Virus record (IMG/VR): IMGVR_UViG_3300042516_004385
Location: 1-52,788 of that record
Length of the DNA stretch: 52,788 nt
Direction: 5' to 3' (one strand)
Source: a virus
Taxonomy: Duplodnaviria; Caudoviricetes
A program made the position numbers and the translations under genes. Below, piece by piece: positions 34,601 through 43,300 of this stretch. The notes under the pieces were generated by a model. It was given only the letters and a program-made list of their open reading frames with translations, was not told where the DNA came from and made no database searches. How positions within the stretch are numbered: position 1 is the stretch's first letter; each line of letters begins with the position of its first letter.

Positions 34601-36459
34601 CTTATGATTTTCTTGGAAGAGTATCAAGAAATCGTAGACTAGATGGACCTCTGAACCTTTGGATTTTGGGAGGAGGTGGAGGACTCTTTTCTTTAAAAAC
34701 AGGTTATTTCTATCTTTTTAATAATGGTGTCCGTGACTTCTTTGTTGAAAGTTCTGTCAATGTTGGCTATAGGGATTGGGAAGATATGACTGCAAAAAGG
34801 TTCTATGATCCTTACGCATCTGCCAATACCTTTATTAACGAGATGTTCCGTTCTGATATTATCAAGAGCAACACTCTTTATAAATACGACTTCTCTTTAT
34901 CAAGCAACAGGTTCATCAACCAGTTTATTTCCTGGGGCCAGTGTTTAAGAAGAGACTATGATCCTATGCTGGCATACACATGCTTTGCTTACTATCCTCG
35001 TAGGGTGGCTTATTCTTTGCCACAGGAAGAGGAGCAGATGCAGGACAACTGGAGGATCTTCCTTCCCAACAACTATAAGGATTTCAATGACAGAGTATAC
35101 GTCATCAAAGATCTTCATAAGACCGGTGCAGTTTTCCTGATGGAGAATAGTTCACCAATGATGTTTGCCGGTATTGAAACAATTCCTTCAAGAAGTGGAA
35201 CTGAGTACAGCGTAGGAACAGGTGCACTGTTTAATCAAACACTACAGTCAATAAACAACATTGACGATCCTTACGAATATGGATCTTGTCAAAGTAGACA
35301 AGGTGTAGTGAATACTCCACATGGAGTGTTCTGGGTATCACAAGATACAGGTAAGATCTTTAATTTAAAAAGTGGACAACTTACAGATCTTGGTATAATG
35401 GATAACATAAGTTACCACTTGTATCACTATTTACCTTCACAGTTAACACAACAGGTTCCATCTTTTCCATTAAAGGATAATCCTGTAAGTGGTGTAGGTT
35501 GTCAACTTGTTTACGATAGTAGTCATGAAATTCTTTATATCTGTAAAAAAGACTATGGTGTTCGTCCGAATGCTGCCAATTATTACAATGGTCAATGGTA
35601 TGTCGGCCCATGTCCTCCAGGAACTGCTCCTGCCGGGACTGATCCTGTTACAGGTAAACCCATATGTGTTGCATGTTTAGATGGTACACCTTGTCCTGGT
35701 GTAAAGGTAACATTTGGAGATCCAAGGTATTTTGATGATGCAAGTTGGACACTCTCGTTTGATTGTGTAACAAAAACTTTTGTTAGCTGGCACGACTGGC
35801 ATCCTTCTCATGTAATACCATCTAAGATAGGATTCTTTACTGCAAATGGTCTGTCCGGAAGATTGTGGAGACATAACTTTGATAATCAGTCATTTGCAAA
35901 CTTTTATGGAGTAGATTATCCTGTAGAGATAGAATACTATACTAATACCCAGGTAACAGAAACTGTTTTACAAAGTGTCGAGTGGTTGCTTGAAAGCTAC
36001 CAGTATGCACCTAATGGTACGGATAAGTTTCTGAACTACGATGAGAACTTTGATCAGGTAATGATCTATAACAGAGAACAGAACAGTACTCTTCAGAACA
36101 TGTTCCTCAAACCTTGGAATGATCCTTATGCTGCATTGAGCTATCCGAACTTCTCCGGCCCTACAAGGCAGGTTCTGTATCAGAAGGTAGAGAATAAGTA
36201 CAGACTGAATGACTTCTACGATTATACAAAAGATAGAGGACAATTCTTTGTAACTTCGAATATCCCAATGATTACAACGGATCCTAATGGTTATACCTTT
36301 AGTACCAATACACCTTACTTTGATCTTTCAAAACCATGGAACCAACTTAAGAGAATGAGGTTTATGGGTACAAGGATCTTTATGAGGAAAAGGAACCTGG
36401 GTAAGAATAGTTTAACAATCAGGTATGCAAATACTAAAAACCAATATTCACCACGATGA
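31651..36459 (+). CDS. tail muzzle / stabilisation protein (P22 gp10-like)
   Basis: 1602 aa; NTFTGGMVKD, YTHARN, VYWSDG.LNP, YLRGEVYAF, FGGDTYI, TPHGVFW, WTLSFD...VSWHDW typical of the crAss muzzle. Confidence 0.75.
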   Translation: MAKQEEQEENVPQKGNSPIVGSTNTFTGGMVKDPVDLFKKSNTYTHARNMSTFLPDGQLGGRSSELANIPSALVPYTIIGSAFLGDGSWIIFSTNNTLSEIGIFSENSNSYSTLMNDAVTIVSINPITGTFYSGLGFKTTNLITAVARRGYDCGFDVYWSDGGLNPDRILNTATCPWTIGAFPTSPPKTVPNPWVQNCITTAACVDCYNTNKIDIEQLRLAPLLDVPCIKLSKSKSGGLLPNGSYQVCVAYAVNSIKCTDYLAFSDVYSTFTHLNNGGCIDVTIEGISDSTKIRFTELEVVVISMVNQQVQAKRLGIYSTNQGKITIDNIDLTLPNIPIEKLPISTPAIVSSDAIFGISNYLTRVGPKEYPDFNYQPLANKIETYWAAVEYPEDYYHVGGNDYGMNVSYLRGEVYAFFIRWIRNTGDKTASYHIPARSVPTPASNAIGLPGGPSVPGSISTVMYGRTGVYVSNEKYPDRSPAVWTVLCGQNIMHHRMPDQADAGGTWLSHFNPHGAPPTGTPGTISILGVYFDQIAYPVDINNNPVPGIVGYEILRASRDGHQSIIAKGMINNIRKVSDNQGNPQLFANYPYNDLGRDEFLTENFSNVVNGQAGNGFEVNDCVPEYNSNPAISGFDNNKWSFHSPDTVFKHPYLGKGTLEVVMGLNGQSTGLFQTPYRHPQFKVMTDFVGYLTFIAGATFIAIQAIQAITMGLGGDAPDIKMAATESLPISFPILANTSTTIAGSTAPGAISIAATGANIAILAALFPIQLSAFQQQLLNIIKGLVKPSQYALQYNSWGYYNKPVSQPRIPAAVNDYQYIKDQMQSFAGYTVNNLYRNDYVIMNTDQVIPPFPFGDIQSRFRIYNSSLDSDDQIKPNNWENRHIGSYYAAYKVPQLSQYGQIDSTKQVPIGCAQQIVYKAAPGTLPPSPVMFGGDTYINRYTEKNPFMFFNDWLVNAPDDFTYDYRNYINVPYPMFWINNDVLTYDFLGRVSRNRRLDGPLNLWILGGGGGLFSLKTGYFYLFNNGVRDFFVESSVNVGYRDWEDMTAKRFYDPYASANTFINEMFRSDIIKSNTLYKYDFSLSSNRFINQFISWGQCLRRDYDPMLAYTCFAYYPRRVAYSLPQEEEQMQDNWRIFLPNNYKDFNDRVYVIKDLHKTGAVFLMENSSPMMFAGIETIPSRSGTEYSVGTGALFNQTLQSINNIDDPYEYGSCQSRQGVVNTPHGVFWVSQDTGKIFNLKSGQLTDLGIMDNISYHLYHYLPSQLTQQVPSFPLKDNPVSGVGCQLVYDSSHEILYICKKDYGVRPNAANYYNGQWYVGPCPPGTAPAGTDPVTGKPICVACLDGTPCPGVKVTFGDPRYFDDASWTLSFDCVTKTFVSWHDWHPSHVIPSKIGFFTANGLSGRLWRHNFDNQSFANFYGVDYPVEIEYYTNTQVTETVLQSVEWLLESYQYAPNGTDKFLNYDENFDQVMIYNREQNSTLQNMFLKPWNDPYAALSYPNFSGPTRQVLYQKVENKYRLNDFYDYTKDRGQFFVTSNIPMITTDPNGYTFSTNTPYFDLSKPWNQLKRMRFMGTRIFMRKRNLGKNSLTIRYANTKNQYSPR

Positions 36460-36560
36460 TCGAAGTCATGGTTACTATATATCGACCTGATATGATAACT
36501 ATCGAACAAGTTTTGAAGATAACTCAATACATATTACTTAACGAACAAATCGAAAATTAA
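36456..36560 (+). CDS. 34-aa micro-ORF MIEVMVTIYRPDMITIEQVLKITQYILLNEQIEN
   Basis: ATGA overlap with the muzzle stop; ends 1 nt before the next ATG. Confidence 0.4.
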   Translation: MIEVMVTIYRPDMITIEQVLKITQYILLNEQIEN

Positions 36561-36561
36561 A

Positions 36562-36999
36562 ATGCAACTAAAAAAGCCAATCTCTCCAATGTCCACAATG
36601 CCGGTGAGCATGGGAATGTCATCAGGAATGAATCCTGATATGATAATGAGCAAGTTGTTCAATATGCACACAAAGGCTCACTTCTACCATTTGCAAACTA
36701 CAAGCTTTGCCCAACACAATATGTTGAAAGGTCTGTATGAAGATCTTGAAGATAGCAAAGATGCAATCTCTGAGTACCTGTTAGGTATCCAGGCCCCTAA
36801 AAGATTTGGTGCACTTGCAACTGAAGCAGTAGAACCATTTAGTGAAGGAACTGTTGCAAAGTTTCTTGACGAAGGGTTTGGTTTTACAGTAGCACTGTGT
36901 GATTATGCAAACACTAAAGGACTGGAAGAACTGTGCAACCTTTCTTCAAACTTGCAAGGTTCATTTGCAAAAGCTAAATATCTCAATACCCTTAAATAA
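36562..36999 (+). CDS. ferritin/Dps-like four-helix protein
   Basis: AHFYHLQTTSFAQHNML..LYEDLEDSKDAISE matches the Dps-like His/Asp/Glu pattern. Confidence 0.7.
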   Translation: MQLKKPISPMSTMPVSMGMSSGMNPDMIMSKLFNMHTKAHFYHLQTTSFAQHNMLKGLYEDLEDSKDAISEYLLGIQAPKRFGALATEAVEPFSEGTVAKFLDEGFGFTVALCDYANTKGLEELCNLSSNLQGSFAKAKYLNTLK

Positions 37000-37007
37000 T
37001 CTCAGAA

Positions 37008-38249
37008 ATGGGTTGGTTAAAAAAGTATCAACAAGGTGGTAAAAAAGACAAGGGTTTCTCTATTGAAGGTCGGGTAAACAAATGGTTAAACGATCCTCAG
37101 GGAAAAGCCCGTAAGGATGCTGAGAACAAATCAGGTGATGGTGACGAGGAAATTGACAACATCCGTCATGCATCTGCCGGCAGATATGCAGCAGAAGCTA
37201 TTGCCAATAAAACCGGCAATATTCCTTATGTCTCAAAACCATTAGGTGTAATTGGTGCTAACATCATGGGTCTTGGTCATGAGATTGGTACTTACGTTAC
37301 TGATCCGAGATGGACAGATAAAAACTGGAAAGTCAGCAATTTTGATAAAGCAAAAGTTATATCAAGAGAATTATTAGAAGATGCTTATAACAACTTTGCC
37401 GGTTCTGTTATAGGTGCAACAGATATGACCCCTGAGCAAAAAACAGCAAGGATAAAATATCTGTCACAAAACTATATGATACCAGATGGCTATGGTTTAC
37501 TCCATCCTTATGGAGATAACCCAACTTTTGTGGATCCTTACAGTAAGAAAAAGTACGGTGGGTACTCTACTACCGGCTACAAATCAAACTCTCCTGATAA
37601 AGATAATCCTTACAACATCATACCATCAGGAAGAATAACAATGCAGAATGTACCACATCCTGTATTGGACATTGATAACCTTGGTAACAGACAAATGATG
37701 AGGCCAGGAGGTGAGTACCAGTTCCAGGGAGATCAGGTGTTTGAGATGCCGGTTATGAAAGAAGGTGGTATTCCTGAAAGGTACAAGAACATGGGCTTTA
37801 CACATGTCGGTCAGAAAAAGGCCGGAGATGGTCAGCACAAATGGAAAGTTCTTGCAAAAAAAGGGGATAGCTACAAAGTAGTACAAGGTGGTTACAGAGG
37901 AATGCAGGATTTCAAACAGCACCACTCTGAAGAGAGGAAAGATAGATTCTGGGATCGTATGGGAGGTAGAAACTCCTCAAAGGCTAAGGATCCATTCAGT
38001 CCCCTGTACTGGCACAAAAGGTTTGGTACCTGGGAATACGGTGGACCAGTACCTTCTTCCGAGATGTATAAAGATGGTGGCATGATCAAAAGAGCAGATG
38101 GTTCCTACTCTCAAAGAGGGTTATGGGATAACATCAGGGCAAATGCCGGCTCCGGTAAAAAGCCAACCAAGGAGATGTTGCAACAGGAGAAGAAGATCAG
38201 AGCTGCTGAGAAGAAGGAATACGGAGGCTGGTTGTCCAAATATAAATAA
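37008..38249 (+). CDS. modular internal virion (cargo) protein 1 with xxGG-delimited domains
   Basis: Four dissimilar modules separated by YQQGG, KKYGG, MKEGG, WEYGG, YKDGG, KEYGG. Confidence 0.7.
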   Translation: MGWLKKYQQGGKKDKGFSIEGRVNKWLNDPQGKARKDAENKSGDGDEEIDNIRHASAGRYAAEAIANKTGNIPYVSKPLGVIGANIMGLGHEIGTYVTDPRWTDKNWKVSNFDKAKVISRELLEDAYNNFAGSVIGATDMTPEQKTARIKYLSQNYMIPDGYGLLHPYGDNPTFVDPYSKKKYGGYSTTGYKSNSPDKDNPYNIIPSGRITMQNVPHPVLDIDNLGNRQMMRPGGEYQFQGDQVFEMPVMKEGGIPERYKNMGFTHVGQKKAGDGQHKWKVLAKKGDSYKVVQGGYRGMQDFKQHHSEERKDRFWDRMGGRNSSKAKDPFSPLYWHKRFGTWEYGGPVPSSEMYKDGGMIKRADGSYSQRGLWDNIRANAGSGKKPTKEMLQQEKKIRAAEKKEYGGWLSKYK

Positions 38250-38305
38250 GGAAAAGTCACGGAAATTGAGTAAATTTATTATAGATAATACTAAAACAAT
38301 ACACA

Positions 38306-40318
38306 ATGCATAAGTTCATGAAAATGGCCGGCTGTAATACCGAAGAGGAGTTTTACCAAAAGTACCCCTCTGAGAAGGATTTCTTTGCAGCGTATCCTCA
38401 TATGAAAGGTAATCAAACAATGAAAATGGGAGGAGCTGCTTCTGGTCACCCGGGTTCTTACTGGAATGGAGATCAGTGGGTATCATCTGCCGGTGACTCA
38501 GGAACATATGCCAATGGTGTATATTACGCTACAGGTGGTCCGGTCTTTATGCCGGGAGGTAGTGCACCTATTTTCGGAATGGGTGGGGCTGCATCTTTTA
38601 ACATAAGCAACAATGAATACCCTACTCCTTTTGCAATGGCACCGGGAACAGGTAGAGGTGGAGGATATCTTCAGGACCTTCCTACACACATGGCACATGG
38701 TGGCCCAATCCCGGGAGCTGAGATAGTGGATCCTTTTGCTATGTACCCAGGTACCGGCAAAGGTGGTGGTATGTTACAAGACTTACCTGTAGAGATGAAG
38801 AAAGGAGGGATCCATATTGCACCATCAAAGAGAGGAACCTTTACAGCAGCAGCTACAAAACACGGAAAGAGTGTACAAGCTTTTGCTTCCCAGGTGCTGG
38901 CCAACAAAGAGAACTACTCTCCGGCCATGGTAAAGAAAGCAAACTTTGCAAGGAATGCTGCCAAGTGGAAACATGAGTATGGTGGAATGTATCAAGATGG
39001 TGGTCCGTTATTACCAAATAACCCATCTGGTTATGTTGATAGTGTTATAAATGCTAATCAAGAAAGTCCTTTTTATAAAGATCTTAAAGCAGGAAGAGTT
39101 CCTAAAAATGTAGATTTTTTTCAAAATGATAATTCTCATGAATGGGATAGAAAAGTAGAAGATCTTAATAACCCTTATGTAGGTAACTCTACGGACTTTT
39201 TACCTCATGGTTCTTATATAGGATATAATCAATGGGGGACTGGTAGACCGGCCATGTATATGCGGATACCACAAGACCAATCTGTAAATCCTGTTAGCAG
39301 AATGTATATAGGAGCAGGACCAGATAATGTAATAAAATTTCCAAGTAAAACTGCTGCTAATATATTTCAGCAAGAGATAGAAAAAAGGATAAGTTCTGGT
39401 AAAAAAACTAAAGAGTATGGAGGATCAACAATACCAGACAACCCAGGTTTCAGAGCCCTTCCTCCTGCAGTACAGCAAAAGATAATGGACAATATGCAGA
39501 CCGGTGGCATGGTAACTGCTGATAGGGTAGTCTATGGTCCAGGTGGTCAGTATATGGAGCAGGGTGGAATGGTTAATCCATACCACCCAATGGCTAAGTT
39601 TATGAGAGGTGGTTATTATCAAAACGGTGGTCAATATAATGTAGGTCAGTATGTACCGGGTTTAGGTTACTGGAATGGATCAACTTTCCAAGCAACAAAT
39701 CCTAAGTTGTTTGCAGCAAGCAATATGGGTGAAGCAGAAGAATATCCAAGTGAAATGCCTACTGTACCGTCTCCAATGCCAAAAATGGAAAATTTTAATA
39801 AGAGTACACCTACAGAAGAAGCTGTTCAACAAACTCCAAATTCTACAACAACTAACACTACTTCTACAAACACTACAGATAATTCTCAGTCTGATTATTC
39901 AGGATGGGATAAAACAAGAGATTGGAGCAATGCTATCCTTGGTACAGGCATGGCTGCTCTTGGTGTAGCAAGTGCATTTGCTGATAGAAGAGATGCAAGA
40001 AACTTAAGAAACAAGCAGTTCAACGACAGAAGCAGTGCAAACATGTATGCTGCAGTAAATCAACCGGGAGGTAAAGGTGACTACACACAACAAGGTGTAT
40101 TCAGGCCGGATTCAATGACTCCTACTGCTGCCGGCAAATTCTATCCGGGTATGCCAGGTAGTTATAATCAAGGAATGGGAATAACAGCAAAAATGGGAGG
40201 TGTAATGAATAACTATACCTTTGCACACGGTGGTTACCATGTTGGACAGGAACTTGAACTTTCTGATGCTGAGATAGCTAACCTGAAAAGAATGGGTTAC
40301 AAATTTGATATTCTCTAA
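38306..40318 (+). CDS. modular internal virion (cargo) protein 2 with about 16 xxGG motifs
   Basis: Gly/Met/Tyr/Pro-rich and low complexity; basic IHIAPSKRGTF...ANFARNAAKW module; a hydrophobic helix near the C-terminus. Confidence 0.7.
   Translation: MHKFMKMAGCNTEEEFYQKYPSEKDFFAAYPHMKGNQTMKMGGAASGHPGSYWNGDQWVSSAGDSGTYANGVYYATGGPVFMPGGSAPIFGMGGAASFNISNNEYPTPFAMAPGTGRGGGYLQDLPTHMAHGGPIPGAEIVDPFAMYPGTGKGGGMLQDLPVEMKKGGIHIAPSKRGTFTAAATKHGKSVQAFASQVLANKENYSPAMVKKANFARNAAKWKHEYGGMYQDGGPLLPNNPSGYVDSVINANQESPFYKDLKAGRVPKNVDFFQNDNSHEWDRKVEDLNNPYVGNSTDFLPHGSYIGYNQWGTGRPAMYMRIPQDQSVNPVSRMYIGAGPDNVIKFPSKTAANIFQQEIEKRISSGKKTKEYGGSTIPDNPGFRALPPAVQQKIMDNMQTGGMVTADRVVYGPGGQYMEQGGMVNPYHPMAKFMRGGYYQNGGQYNVGQYVPGLGYWNGSTFQATNPKLFAASNMGEAEEYPSEMPTVPSPMPKMENFNKSTPTEEAVQQTPNSTTTNTTSTNTTDNSQSDYSGWDKTRDWSNAILGTGMAALGVASAFADRRDARNLRNKQFNDRSSANMYAAVNQPGGKGDYTQQGVFRPDSMTPTAAGKFYPGMPGSYNQGMGITAKMGGVMNNYTFAHGGYHVGQELELSDAEIANLKRMGYKFDIL
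38627..38809 (+). repeat. internal duplication of a GG-terminated module
   Basis: PFAMAPGTGRGGGYLQDLPTHMAHGG versus PFAMYPGTGKGGGMLQDLPVEMKKGG. Confidence 0.8.
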
Positions 40319-40329
40319 ATTACAATATA

Positions 40330-43300
40330 ATGGCCAAAATTAAAATAAAGGCAGTTCCTAAAATGCAAACTGGTGGATATGCTCCACTCACTTCTCAGGA
40401 AAGAGATGCCTGGGAAAGAATGCAGTCTGCTGCCTATGAACAAGGATTTTTAGGTAGTGAGCATAATAGACAACCAGGTGTTGACTTTATGAGACAATAC
40501 GGAGTTGATCCTAACAGATTGTCTGCATACCAAGCTGATCTTCTTGAGCAAAGAAATGTTGCTCCATGGGGAAGACCTGGTGCTTACATGGCCAAGGGTC
40601 CTGAAACAACTTTTAGTAATGTTGATGCCTTTTACGGTCCCAAGACTGCAAGAGAGAGATATGGACAATATTCAATTAAAGAAGGAAACAAACCCGCTGT
40701 AAATTTTGGTACAGATTGGAAAGCGGCAACTGCTTATAGTAATCAACTGGAAGCTGCTCGTCAAGCTGAATATAAAGACTACGGTAAACCAGAGGCTAAT
40801 ATAAACTACCAAGCTCCGGAAGCTCCGGTTACTACACCAGCCCCAAGAGCTACAGGTTTAGCTGCTACAGGTTTTCCTACCCGGGAAGAGGCTGTTGCAA
40901 AGTACAAGGCAAGAAAAGCATCTGGCCAAGAACTACCAAGCAATTACTTTACCGGTAAAGGAAATGCAGACTATTCTATTGATAGTTTGAGAAGTACAGG
41001 GAAAGGTTCTGATGAGTTTGCATATGGTGGTTCTACAAAAAAGATCCGTATCAGTGGTGTACCGACAATGGCTACCGGTGGATATGCTAATAAAGATGCA
41101 AGTCATGGTTACGGTAATCAACAACTTGGTCAAAGTTATGCATTGAACAGATTCTGGAATACTCCTGCCGGGTATCCTTTTACTACCTCTAAAGTTAATC
41201 CTTATGGAAAGGTAGGCAATACTTTACCTGAGGCTAAGGATGGTGGTGATATCAATGCTGAAAAGCAAGAAATGGTACTTGGTGACTTTGATCAGGATGG
41301 ACAACAGGAATTGATGAATGTTGATGGACCTCCTCACACAGAAGGTGGTAAGGATGTCAATGTTCCATCTAACTCATTTGTATTTTCTGATACAAAAGAT
41401 CTGAAGATAAAAGATCCTCAGATCCTTGCCATGTTTGGAATGGCACCAAAGAGAGGTGGTTATACACCGGCACAGATAGCTAAGAAGTACGATCTGAACA
41501 AGTTCAAAAAGATCCTTGATGATCCTAATGCGGATGATGCATCTAAGAAGACTGCTCAGTTGATGAATGACAACTATCTGTCTAAACTTAACAGGCTTGC
41601 ATCTGTACAAGAATCAATGAAGGGTGCAATGGGTATGGAGTATCATGATCCACAAAGAGGTCAGGTACCGGCTGAAGAAGCACCTGTACAAGAAGTAGGT
41701 AATATGGATCAAGGTGGTACAGAAATGATGCAACCTGAAGAAATGATGATGGAATACGGAGGTGCTCCTAAGTACCAAACTGCCGGTATTTTTAATTCAA
41801 AATACACAAATTTTTTAAATTCTGCAAAACAGGATTTGCAAAAACTGTACCCGGGCAAAAGTGTAAACATTGTAGAAACAAGTACATACAGACATCCTTC
41901 AACTCAAGCAGGTTTGGTTAAAAAAGGTGCATCTACTACAGATGTATCTTTACATGCAGTAAATGCGGCTAAAGATTTTCAGATACTTGTAAACGGTAAA
42001 CCTGTAAATGATCCTGAATTATATCACGATGTTCTTTGGAAAAATGCAGAAAGAAATGGTCTTTACCATTTAGACCCTAAAGGTTTTGGAGCAAAAGATC
42101 TTGGTCATATTGGGGTAATTGAAGAAGATGGAAAAAGTACTTATGGAAGACTGATTGATGCATACCCTCAGATAAAAAATACTAAGGAGTTTAATGCACT
42201 TTTTGAACATGTAAAAAATAGAGTAGGTTCTGGAAATCCAACACCTAAAGAGTTATTGGTTTACAATCAGTTACAAGGACAGCGTTATGAACCGGAGCTT
42301 TGGTATAAACCAATGTATCCTGCTACAGAAAATGCTACATCCCCTTTACAAGAAACAGTTACAAAAAGTAAAGTTTCAAGGCCGGTAAATCTCCCTATCA
42401 AAAAAGGAATACTGACTGCTCGTGAAGTTCCTGTACCACCTGTTTTACAAACAGATACTGATAATAAAAATAGTAATGTGAATATAAATGATTGGGTGAT
42501 GTCTGAATATAAAGGTCAAATACAAAGACCTACAATGCAGTATGCCGGACTATACCCAACTACATTACAATCTTTAGGTACTGTTCCTAATTGGCAAGAA
42601 GCTATTCCTGTAAGCCAATGGACTCCAAATACTAATGCAAATCAACAAGTTGCTAAAACTGTACCTTCTCCGTATAAAATGCAACCTTCCGTTGCAAAAC
42701 AGCAACAAAATCCTGAATTGCCATATAATGAGTTTTTGGATATAGTTGGTAGAAATCCAAATTTGGATAGATTACCAATAACAGGGCTATCTTCTCCTTA
42801 TTCTTTAGAAGAATATCCTGTACCATGGGCAGGTACAAATTACCAAATGCAAGGTCAAGAAGTATTGCCCCTTCGTCCTCTTTCTGTTTCGCCTCAGACA
42901 TCTGCAGCAACTGCTGTAAATGTTCCCCCAATGACACCTTTTGTTTCTACTGATACAGAAGCACTTGTTACAAACGAAAACAAAAAGAAAAATAGAACAG
43001 CTAAACAAAGAACGGGGATTTTTGCAAACCCTAATCTGTACGGTGATGTAATGAATCTTGCTCAGATGGCACAGCTTAGAAAATTTGTACCATATGAACC
43101 GGTACCACAGGCTGTTATTCCTGAAACAGTATTTATGGATCCTACCCGGGCAATAGCTGCTCAACAGGAGATGGCAAGGAATGCTATGGAAATGGCCGGT
43201 CAAAGTGCCAATGCAAGAGCTGCAAGAGCAACAGGTCTGGCATACCAGGGAGAGGCAGGAAAACAAGCTGCAGATACAATAGCACAGTATGCTAACCAGA

